Shown here one piece after another: positions 17,901-24,810 of a stretch of DNA of 32,000 nt. Position 1 is the stretch's first letter, and every line of letters begins with the position of its first letter. The notes under the pieces are model-generated. The model saw nothing but the letters and a program-made list of their open reading frames with translations, did not search any database and was not told where the DNA came from. The DNA is from Kineococcus radiotolerans SRS30216 = ATCC BAA-149 (lineage in GTDB: Bacteria; Actinomycetota; Actinomycetes; Actinomycetales; Kineococcaceae): positions 1,680,001 through 1,712,000 of the forward strand of contig NC_009664.2 of the NCBI RefSeq assembly GCF_000017305.1. Direction: 5' to 3'. Made by a program: the position numbers and the translations under genes.

Positions 17901-19409
17901 TCAGCTCGCGACGCTCTCGCGGACCGCCCCCGCCACCCCGTCCCGGGTCAGGACCTCCAGCGCCTCCTCGACCAGCGCGCGGAAGCGGGCGTCGGCGGGC
18001 AGGTCCGTGCCGAAGACCTCCGGCAGCCCCAGCAGCGCGTCGACGACGGCCGCGGGCGACCCGGCGCCCGCGGTGACCTCGCCCAGGCGCGCGGCCAGCG
18101 GGTCGTCGACCGGCAGCGCCACCCCGGCTTCCGAGCGCCCGGTGGAGACGTACCGCATCCAGGCGGCGACCCCCAGGCAGGCCGCCCGGGGTTCGCGCCC
18201 GGCGGCCAGCGCGTCGGAGATCGTCCCCAGCAGGCGCTGCGGGAGCTTCTGGCTGCCGTCCATCGCGATCTGCAGGGTGCGGTGGTGCAGCGCGGGGTTG
18301 GCGAAGCGGTCCAGCAGGTCCTGCCGGTAGCGCGCCACGTCGAACCCGTCCGGCACGGCCAGGGTCGGCACGACGTCGTGCGCCATGAGGCGGTCCACGA
18401 GCGCGGCGATCCCGTCGTCGGCGACGGCGTCGGCGACGTGCTCGTGCCCGGCCAGCAGGCCCAGGTAGGCCAGCGTGGAGTGGCTGCCGTTGAGCAGCCG
18501 CAGCTTCATCGCCTCGTAGGGCGCGACGTCGGCGGTGAGGACGGCCCCGGCGCGCTCCCACGCCGGGCGCCCGGCGGCGAAGTCGTCCTCGACGACCCAC
18601 TGGCGGAACGGCTCGGTGACGACGACGCCCTCGTCGCGCAGCCCCAGCAGGCGCTGCACCTGGTCGCGGTCGGCGGGGGTCGTGGCGGGCACGATCCGGT
18701 CGACCATGGAGGAGGGGAAGCGCACCGACGCCGCGATCCACTCCCGCAGGCCGTCGCCGTCGGGCAGGGCGGCGCAGAAGTCCCCGACGAGGCCGCGCAG
18801 CACCGCCCCGTTGGCGGGCAGGTTGTCGCAGGAGAGCAGCGTGACCGGGCCCGCGTCGGCGGCCCGGCGGGCGGCCAGGCCCGCGACGAGCTGCCCCACG
18901 ACGGTGCGCGGCGGGCGGGCGGTGGACCAGCCGTCGAGGTCGGCGGCGACGTCGGGGTCCGCGCGCCGCAGCCGCCCGGTGGCCGGGTCGTGGCGGTAGC
19001 CCTTCTCGGTGACCGTCAGCGTGACGAGGCGGGTGGTGGGCGCGGCGATCAGGGCGCGCAGGCGCCCGGGTTCCTCCCCCGCGAACAGCAGCTCGCGCAC
19101 GGCGCCGACGACGCGGGCCGAGCTGCCGCCGGCGTCGTGGGCGAGCACGGTGTACAGCCCGTCCTGCGGGCCGAGCTGCTCCACGACGGAGCGGCTGCGC
19201 TGGGTGACCCCGCAGATGCCCCAGTCGCCGCCGGCGGCGGCGACGGCGTCCTCGGTGTAGACGGCCTGGTGGGCGCGGTGGAAGGCGCCGATGCCGAGGT
19301 GCACGACGCCGACCCCGAGGGCGCGGGGGTCCACGCGCGGGCGGTGCCCGGCCTCGACGGCGTCGAGGGTGCCCAGCGAGAGGCGCGGCGCCGGTGCGGG
19401 GGTGCTCAT
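17901..19409 (-). CDS. Mannitol dehydrogenase-family oxidoreductase, likely altronate/fructuronate (tagaturonate/fructuronate) reductase
   Basis: VVHLGIGAFHRAHQAVYT dinucleotide-binding signature of the long-chain mannitol dehydrogenase family (UxaB/UxuB/MtlD). 502 aa. ATG 19409 overlaps the uxaA stop (TGATG). UxaB and UxuB cannot be told apart by eye. Confidence 0.87.
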   Translation of the reverse strand: MSTPAPAPRLSLGTLDAVEAGHRPRVDPRALGVGVVHLGIGAFHRAHQAVYTEDAVAAAGGDWGICGVTQRSRSVVEQLGPQDGLYTVLAHDAGGSSARVVGAVRELLFAGEEPGRLRALIAAPTTRLVTLTVTEKGYRHDPATGRLRRADPDVAADLDGWSTARPPRTVVGQLVAGLAARRAADAGPVTLLSCDNLPANGAVLRGLVGDFCAALPDGDGLREWIAASVRFPSSMVDRIVPATTPADRDQVQRLLGLRDEGVVVTEPFRQWVVEDDFAAGRPAWERAGAVLTADVAPYEAMKLRLLNGSHSTLAYLGLLAGHEHVADAVADDGIAALVDRLMAHDVVPTLAVPDGFDVARYRQDLLDRFANPALHHRTLQIAMDGSQKLPQRLLGTISDALAAGREPRAACLGVAAWMRYVSTGRSEAGVALPVDDPLAARLGEVTAGAGSPAAVVDALLGLPEVFGTDLPADARFRALVEEALEVLTRDGVAGAVRESVAS

Positions 19410-21010
19410 CACATCACCGCCCCGAGCTGCCACGGCTGGAACTCCTCGTCGCCGACGCCGAGCTCCTCGCTCTTGCTGCGCCGCCCGGAGGCGACCTCGA
19501 GGATCAGCTCGAACAGCTCCCGCCCGGCCTCCTCCACGGTCTGCTCCCCGGTGAGGACGCGCCCGCAGTCGACGTCCATGTCCTCGTCCATCCGGGCGTA
19601 CACCTCGGAGTTGGTGGCGAGCTTGATGCTCGGGGCGGGTTTGCAGCCGAACACCGAGCCGCGCCCGGTGGTGAAGCAGACGACGTTGGCCCCGCCCGCG
19701 ACGAGCCCGGTGACGGAGACGGGGTCGTAGCCGGGGGTGTCCATGAAGGTGAACCCCTTGGCCGTGATGGGCTCGGCGTACTCGTAGACGGCTTCCAGCG
19801 CAGCGGAACCGCCCTTGGCCACGGCGCCGAGGGACTTCTCCAGGATCGTCGTCAGCCCGCCCGCCTTGTTCCCGGGCGAGGGGTTGTTGTCCATGCTGCC
19901 GCCGTGGGCCGCGGTGTACTCCTCCCACCAGCGGATGCGGCGGACCAGCTTCGCCGCCACCTCGGGGTCGCGGGCGCGGCGGGTCAGCAGGTGCTCGGCG
20001 CCGTAGACCTCCGGCGTCTCGGCGAGCACCGAGGTGCCGCCCTGCGCCACGAGCAGGTCGGAGGCGACGCCGAGGGCGGGGTTGGCGGTGACCCCGGACC
20101 AGGCGTCGCTGCCGCCGCAGTTGAGGCCGAGGACGAGCTCGGAGGCCGGGACCGGGACGCGGCGGACGGCGTCGACGACGGGCAGCAGCTCCCGGACGCG
20201 TTCCACCCCGGCGGCGACGGTGCGGGTGGTGCCGCCGATCTCCTGGATCGTCATGGCGACGACGGGGACCTCCGGGGGCAGGTCGAAGCCGGAGGTGAGC
20301 GCAGCGACCTGGTTCACCTCGCAGCCGAGGCCGATGACGAGCAGGGCCGCGAAGTTGGGGTGGCGCGCGTAGCCGGAGATGGTGCGCCGCAGCAGCTGCG
20401 CCCCCTCGCCGAGGGCGTCCATGCCGCAGCCGGTGCCGTGGGTGAGCGCGACGACCCCGTCGACGTTCGGGTAGGCGTCCAGCGCCCCGGGCCAGCGGAA
20501 GGTGTCGGCGATGCGCCGGGCCGCGGTGGCGGAGCAGTTCACCGAGGTGAGGATCCCGATGTAGTTGCGCGTCGCGACCCGGCCGTCGGCGCGCACGATG
20601 CCGTCGAAGGTGCGGCGCTCGGCCGGCGGCACGAGCGGGGTGGGGCGGGCGTCGACGCCGACGGCGTAGCCGCCCGGCCCGGCGTCGGCGCTGCCGGCCC
20701 CGGCCTGCGAGGCGGTGAAGGCGAGGTTGTGCACGTGGACGTGCTCGCCCGCGGCGATCGGGGCGGAAGCGAGACCGATGAGCTGGCCGTACTTGCGCAC
20801 CGCCTCCCCGGCCGCGACGTCGCGCAGCGCGACCTTGTGCCCGGCGGGGACGTCGGTGCGCACGGTCAGCGCGCCCGCCTCCCCCAGCGCGGCGAGGTCG
20901 ACGGCGGTGCCGGCCGCGAGCGCCTCGCGGGCGACGGCGACGGTGTCGCCCGGGGCCAGCCGCAGCAGCGGGGCCGCGGTGCGGGCGGGGAGGGGGGTGG
21001 ACGTCGTCAC
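19409..21010 (-). CDS. uxaA: UxaA-family sugar-acid dehydratase, likely altronate dehydratase
   Basis: N-terminal SAF-like segment (PAGHKVALRDVAAGEAVRKYG) and conserved family blocks (NCGGSDAWSGVTANPALG, NPSPGNKAGGLTTILEKSLGA, CFTTGRGS). GTG 21010 has GGAGG 7 nt upstream and overlaps the LacI stop (GTGA). GarD (galactarate dehydratase) belongs to the same family and is not excluded. Confidence 0.88.
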   Translation of the reverse strand: MTTSTPLPARTAAPLLRLAPGDTVAVAREALAAGTAVDLAALGEAGALTVRTDVPAGHKVALRDVAAGEAVRKYGQLIGLASAPIAAGEHVHVHNLAFTASQAGAGSADAGPGGYAVGVDARPTPLVPPAERRTFDGIVRADGRVATRNYIGILTSVNCSATAARRIADTFRWPGALDAYPNVDGVVALTHGTGCGMDALGEGAQLLRRTISGYARHPNFAALLVIGLGCEVNQVAALTSGFDLPPEVPVVAMTIQEIGGTTRTVAAGVERVRELLPVVDAVRRVPVPASELVLGLNCGGSDAWSGVTANPALGVASDLLVAQGGTSVLAETPEVYGAEHLLTRRARDPEVAAKLVRRIRWWEEYTAAHGGSMDNNPSPGNKAGGLTTILEKSLGAVAKGGSAALEAVYEYAEPITAKGFTFMDTPGYDPVSVTGLVAGGANVVCFTTGRGSVFGCKPAPSIKLATNSEVYARMDEDMDVDCGRVLTGEQTVEEAGRELFELILEVASGRRSKSEELGVGDEEFQPWQLGAVM

Positions 21011-22038
21011 GAGAGGGCCTCCAGCGGGGCGGGGGCGTCGGCGCGCACGGCCTGCGGCAGCGGCGGGACGGTGGTGGACCGGACCACGAGCTGGGACGGC
21101 AGCGTCCGCGTGGCTCCGGAGTGGTGCTCGGGGTGGGCCAGGACGTCGAGCAGCAGGTCGACCGCGGCCCGCCCGGCGGGTTCGGTCGGCATCGCCACGG
21201 TGGTGAGGGCGGGGGTGGTCATGGCCGACATCTGGATGCCGTCGAAGCCCACGACGCTCATCTCGGCGGGGGTGACGACGCCGCGGACGGCGAGGCGGTT
21301 GAGGACGCCGAGCGCCATGAGGTCGTTGTAGGCGAGCACGGCGGTCGCGCCGCTGGCGAGCACGAGGTCGGCCGCGGGCAGCCCGGCCTCGAAGGTGGGC
21401 GGGAAGGGCCCGAGCTCGACGACGTCGACGCCGGCGGCGGCCGCGGCCGCGCGCAGACCGCGGAGGCGCTCGGCGGTGGACCAGGAGCGCACGGGTCCGC
21501 TGAGGTGGGCGATGCGGCGGTGGCCGAGGGCGACGACGTGCTCGACGGCCTGGCGCATGCCGTCGGCGGAGTCCATGAGCACGCTGGGCAGGCCGGGGCT
21601 GCGGCGGTTGACCAGCACCATGGGTGTCGTCCCCGCGCTGCGCTCGAGGTCCTCGTCGCTCATCCGGGCCGAGCACAGGACGATGCCGTCGACCTGCTTG
21701 CCCATGGCCGCGACCAGCTCGGCCTCGACCCGGGGGTCCTCGGCGGCGTCGGCGAGGAAGACGACCTGCTGGGCCTCGCGGGCGCGGGCGTGGGCGCCCT
21801 TGAGGACCGCGCTGAAGAAGGGGTTGGCGACGTCGGGGACGACGACGCCGATGTTGCCGGTGCGGCCGGTGATGAGGCCGCGCGCGGCCCGGTTGGGCTG
21901 GTAGCCGAGCTCGTCGGCCACCGCGAGGACGCGGTCGCGGGTGCTGGCGCGGACCAGGTCGGGCACCGCGAGGGCGCGGGAGACGGTGGAGACGGACACG
22001 CCGGCCCGGCGGGCCACCTCGTGGATGGTCACAGCCAT
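21007..22038 (-). CDS. LacI-family transcriptional regulator
   Basis: N-terminal HTH VTIHEVARRAGVSVSTVSRAL, then YQPNRAARGL and a periplasmic-binding-protein-like sugar-binding domain. 343 aa. It is the first gene of the lacI-uxaA-reductase-esterase string. Confidence 0.94.
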   Translation of the reverse strand: MAVTIHEVARRAGVSVSTVSRALAVPDLVRASTRDRVLAVADELGYQPNRAARGLITGRTGNIGVVVPDVANPFFSAVLKGAHARAREAQQVVFLADAAEDPRVEAELVAAMGKQVDGIVLCSARMSDEDLERSAGTTPMVLVNRRSPGLPSVLMDSADGMRQAVEHVVALGHRRIAHLSGPVRSWSTAERLRGLRAAAAAAGVDVVELGPFPPTFEAGLPAADLVLASGATAVLAYNDLMALGVLNRLAVRGVVTPAEMSVVGFDGIQMSAMTTPALTTVAMPTEPAGRAAVDLLLDVLAHPEHHSGATRTLPSQLVVRSTTVPPLPQAVRADAPAPLEALS

Positions 22039-22067
22039 GGAGCCCCCCGACGACGTTGTTGCTGCTC

Positions 22068-22096
22068 ACAATGCAAAGGTTTTCATCGAGTGTCAA
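22068..22096 (-). promoter_or_regulatory. Candidate promoter of the LacI-uxaA operon (TTGACA-17 nt-CATTGT)
   Basis: On the minus strand, TTGACA (22096-22091), a 17-nt spacer, then CATTGT (22073-22068). It ends 30 nt upstream of ATG 22038. Operator copy 3 covers the spacer and the first bases of the -10 element. Confidence 0.45.
22072..22085. promoter_or_regulatory. LacI-type operator-like element, copy 3 (TGCAAAGGTTTTCA)
   Basis: 14-bp imperfect palindrome (half-sites TGCAAAG / TGAAAAC), 34 nt upstream of the LacI ATG. It has the same asymmetric AGG centre as the two sites near 11.5 kb. Confidence 0.58.
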
Positions 22097-22109
22097 GCTC
22101 CTTCCCGCT

Positions 22110-22145
22110 ACCGGGGCGGGACCGGGGCGGGACCGGGGCGGGACC
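22110..22145. repeat. 11-bp tandem direct repeat, 3.3 copies (accggggcggg)
   Basis: Three identical units at 22110-22120, 22121-22131 and 22132-22142, then a partial acc. It sits 14 nt upstream (minus-strand sense) of the TTGACA hexamer. Confidence 0.95.
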
Positions 22146-22167
22146 ACCCGGGCGCCGGGACGCGGCA

Positions 22168-22207
22168 GGGCCCGCGGACCACTCCCCCCCGGGTGGTCCA
22201 CGGGCCC
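22168..22207 (-). terminator. Stem-loop downstream of the ABC-2 permease gene
   Basis: GGGCCCGCGGACCAC / GTGGTCCACGGGCCC: a 15-bp stem with one mismatch and a ~10-nt C-rich loop. It starts 25 nt after the stop at 22232-22234. Confidence 0.5.
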
Positions 22208-22231
22208 TCGGCACCGCTCGCGCTGCGTCGC

Positions 22232-23068
22232 TCAGACGTCGCGGGTCTTCACCGCCAGCCCCCCGAGGCCGAGGAGGACCGCGACCCAGAGCGCGAACGC
22301 GGCCAGCCCCGCGCCCGGGGCGAGGAACGCCGGGTTCTCGACGACGGCGGCGAGGTTGGTCGTCGTGTTGGCGAAGAAGTACTTGCTGAGGGTGTCCCCG
22401 CCCCAGCTCTCCGGGACGGCCATGAGCAGCAGCGGCACCACGAAGATCGCCGCGAGCACGGTGCAGATCGCGCCGGCGGAGTTGCGCAGCAGGGCGCCCA
22501 CGCCGAGGCCGGCCAGCGCCACCCCGACGAGCAGCACGACGTTGCCCAGCAGGGCCCGCAGGACGTGGTCGTCACCGATCGAGGCGCCGAAGCCGCGGGC
22601 CTCCAGCACGGCCTGGCCGAGGAAGAACGCGGCGAACACGGCGACGCCCATGAGCACCGCGACGTTCACCGCCAGCACCAGCGCCTTGGCCAGGTACACG
22701 CCGATCCGCCCCGGAGCCACCGCGAAGGAGGTGCGGATCATGCCGGTGGAGAACTCCCCGGCGATGACGATGACGCCGACGGCGGCCACGATGAGGCTGG
22801 CCAGCTGCGCGCCGGTCATGCTCGCGCCCGTCGCGTCGACGCCGTTGGCCGCCATCGCCTGCGCCCCCTCGACGTCGCCCAGCGCGGAGCGGGTGGCGAA
22901 GGAGATGAGGACGCCGAGCCCCACGATCGCGACGAAGGACACCGCCATCGTCACCACGACGGAGCGGACGCTCCAGAACTTGATCCACTCCGACCTCAGC
23001 AGCCCCGGGAAGGTGACCCGGCGCTCGACGGGGACGAACTGCTGGGCCTGGACCGTGGTCGCGCTCAC
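22232..23068 (-). CDS. ABC-2 family transporter permease
   Basis: 278 aa with ~6 hydrophobic segments. The N-terminal LLRSEWIKFWSVRS motif is typical of ABC-2 permeases. GTG 23068 has AGGAGG 8 nt upstream and overlaps the ATPase stop (GTGA). Confidence 0.85.
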   Translation of the reverse strand: MSATTVQAQQFVPVERRVTFPGLLRSEWIKFWSVRSVVVTMAVSFVAIVGLGVLISFATRSALGDVEGAQAMAANGVDATGASMTGAQLASLIVAAVGVIVIAGEFSTGMIRTSFAVAPGRIGVYLAKALVLAVNVAVLMGVAVFAAFFLGQAVLEARGFGASIGDDHVLRALLGNVVLLVGVALAGLGVGALLRNSAGAICTVLAAIFVVPLLLMAVPESWGGDTLSKYFFANTTTNLAAVVENPAFLAPGAGLAAFALWVAVLLGLGGLAVKTRDV

Positions 23069-24039
23069 CGCGACACCTCCTGGGGGGTACGGGCGGGGGG
23101 ACCGGGGACGGCGACCGGTTCCCCGGGGCCGCCGGTGGGGTGGGCCTGGTACTCCACGGCACCGGCCGTGAGCTCCATGAACGCCTCCTCGAGGGAGGCC
23201 TTGACGGTGGTGAGCTCGTGCAGGGCGACCCCGCGGACGGCCGCGGCGTCGCCGATGGCCTCCGCGGACAGCCCGCGCACGTCCCAGCCGCCGTCCTCCA
23301 GCGGGGTGAGGGTGCCGCCCGCCGCGGTGACGAGCTCGCGCAGCTGCTCGGCCTGCGGGGAGCGGACGGTGACCCCGCGCGGCTGGACGCGGGCGATGAA
23401 GTCGCGCACGCTCTCGTCGGCGATGAGCCGGCCCCTGCCGATGACGACGAGGTGCTCGGCGGTCAGCGCCATCTCGCTCATGAGGTGGGAGGACACGAAC
23501 ACGGCCCGGCCCTCGCGGGCCAGGTCCTTCATGAGGTTGCGGATCCACAGGATGCCGTCGGGGTCGAGGCCGTTGACCGGCTCGTCGAACATGACGGTGC
23601 TCGGGTCGCCCAGCAGCGCCGAGGCGATGCCGAGGCGCTGGCCCATGCCGAGGGAGAACCCCCCGGCCCGCTTGCGGGCGACCTCACCCAGGCCGACGAG
23701 GTCGATGACCTCGTCCACCCGGGAGGTCGGGATGCCGGCGGTGGCGGCCATCGCCTGCAGGTGCCGGTACGCCGAGCGGCCGGTGTGCACGGCCTTGGCG
23801 TCCAGGAGGGCGCCCACGGACGAGAGCGGGGCGCGGTGCGCGGAGAAGGGCTTGCCGTCGACGAGCACCTGGCCGGCGGTCGGGCGGTCCAGCCCCACGA
23901 CCATCCGCATGGTGGTGGACTTGCCGGACCCGTTGGGTCCGAGGAACCCGGTGACGATGCCCGGGCGCACGGTGAAGCTGAGGTCGTGCACCGCGACCTT
24001 CTTGCCGTAGACCTTGCGCAGGCCGACCGCCTCGATCAT
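23065..24039 (-). CDS. ABC transporter ATP-binding protein (ABC-2/DrrA-like)
   Basis: Walker A GPNGSGKST, signature FSLGMGQR, Walker B VMFDEP, H-loop SSHLM. ATG 24039 is preceded by GAAGGG. Confidence 0.93.
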   Translation of the reverse strand: MIEAVGLRKVYGKKVAVHDLSFTVRPGIVTGFLGPNGSGKSTTMRMVVGLDRPTAGQVLVDGKPFSAHRAPLSSVGALLDAKAVHTGRSAYRHLQAMAATAGIPTSRVDEVIDLVGLGEVARKRAGGFSLGMGQRLGIASALLGDPSTVMFDEPVNGLDPDGILWIRNLMKDLAREGRAVFVSSHLMSEMALTAEHLVVIGRGRLIADESVRDFIARVQPRGVTVRSPQAEQLRELVTAAGGTLTPLEDGGWDVRGLSAEAIGDAAAVRGVALHELTTVKASLEEAFMELTAGAVEYQAHPTGGPGEPVAVPGPPARTPQEVSR

Positions 24040-24241
24040 GGGATGACCCTTCGGGTGGTGGACGGGGTGACGTCCTCATCCTCGCGGGGGTGTGACCGCG
24101 CCCACATCAGCCGATGGGCGCACCCGGTGTCCCGCCCAGGGTGGTGATCGGCGCGGGCGGGGCCACCGGAGGGGGTGCGCACCCGCGACGCACCGCCGAT
24201 GCCCCGCCGACGCGGCGACGACGAACGGCGCGCGCACGAAC

Positions 24242-24286
24242 GACGGCCCCGGACGCGGCGACGGGGTCGCTGCGTCCGGGGCCGTC
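24242..24286 (-). terminator. Long stem-loop downstream of lsr2
   Basis: GACGGCCCCGGACGC / GCGTCCGGGGCCGTC (15-bp perfect arms), with an inner GCGAC/GTCGC extension. It starts 41 nt after the lsr2 stop (24327-24329). Confidence 0.6.
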
Positions 24287-24326
24287 CGTGGTCCACCGGG
24301 GCGCCGCGCGGGGGCGGCGCCGGGGG

Positions 24327-24692
24327 TCAGTGCGCGTCGTCGAAGGCCTGGAGGATCTCCGCGGAGATCCGGCCGCGGTCGGAGACGGTGTAGCCGTTCT
24401 CCCGGGCCCAGGTGCGGACCTCGCCGGTGTCGCGCTGGGGGCCGCTGTCGCCCTCGCCGCCGGACTTCGCCGCGGCCTGGCGGGGAGCGCTGCTGCGGCG
24501 GCCCGGGGTCGCGCGGCCGCTGACGCGGCGGGCGTGCCCGACCCAGGGGGCGAAGGCCTCGCGCAGGGCGGCGGCGTGCTCCTCGGAGAGGTCGATCTCG
24601 TAGTTGACCCCGTCGAGGGAGAAGGTCAGCGTCTCCGACGCCTCACCGGCGTCGATGTCGTCGACGAGGAGGACCTGGACCTTCTGCGCCAT
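24327..24692 (-). CDS. lsr2: Lsr2-family nucleoid-associated protein
   Basis: MAQKVQVLLVDDIDAGEASETLTFSLDGVNYEIDLS N-terminal oligomerisation domain, a basic linker, and a C-terminal DNA-binding domain with the RGR motif (VRTWARENGYTVSDRGRISAEILQAF). Confidence 0.94.
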   Translation of the reverse strand: MAQKVQVLLVDDIDAGEASETLTFSLDGVNYEIDLSEEHAAALREAFAPWVGHARRVSGRATPGRRSSAPRQAAAKSGGEGDSGPQRDTGEVRTWARENGYTVSDRGRISAEILQAFDDAH

Positions 24693-24810
24693 GAGCGGGC
24701 AACCTTTCGCGAAGAATCATCGTCCGACCGCGGGGTGCACCGGACGAACGTCACTCTGACGCATTCCGGCGCACCGGGTCAAATCAACTCGCGGAAAGGC
24801 GGAAAAGGCT

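Noticed and set aside
15500-18330. 700-aa (minus) and 845-aa (plus) ORFs spanning 15.5-18.3 kb
   Set aside because: Both are Arg/Pro/Gly-rich shadow frames. They overlap well-supported genes in other frames or on the other strand (oxidoreductases, esterase, mannitol-DH-family reductase).
5085-22145. The two 11-bp tandem repeats at the island edges as attL/attR-like remnants
   Set aside because: The repeat units differ (gcgcggggctc against accggggcggg). The flanking sequences show no shared core, and there is no integrase or tRNA nearby.
22141-22200. Alternative inverted repeat GGACCACCCGGG / CCCGGGTGGTCC that competes with the terminator stem, hinting at an attenuator
   Set aside because: On the minus-strand transcript the terminator arms (22207-22168) are transcribed and can fold before the competing arm (22152-22141) exists. 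No leader peptide or known riboswitch-like element is evident.
19394-24010. Plus-strand ORFs of 645, 422 and 689 aa over the uxaA, lacI and ABC-2 region
   Set aside because: They are antisense or off-frame to genes with strong family signatures (UxaA blocks, LacI HTH, Walker A/B). Their translations are low-complexity Gly/Arg/Asp/Ala.
24698-24711. CGAAAGGTTGCC upstream of lsr2 resembling the CAAAGGTTT operator core
   Set aside because: It lacks the flanking TG/CA arms and the TTT run, so it is not palindromic. It sits where the lsr2 ribosome-binding site is expected (GAAAGG, 14 nt before the ATG).
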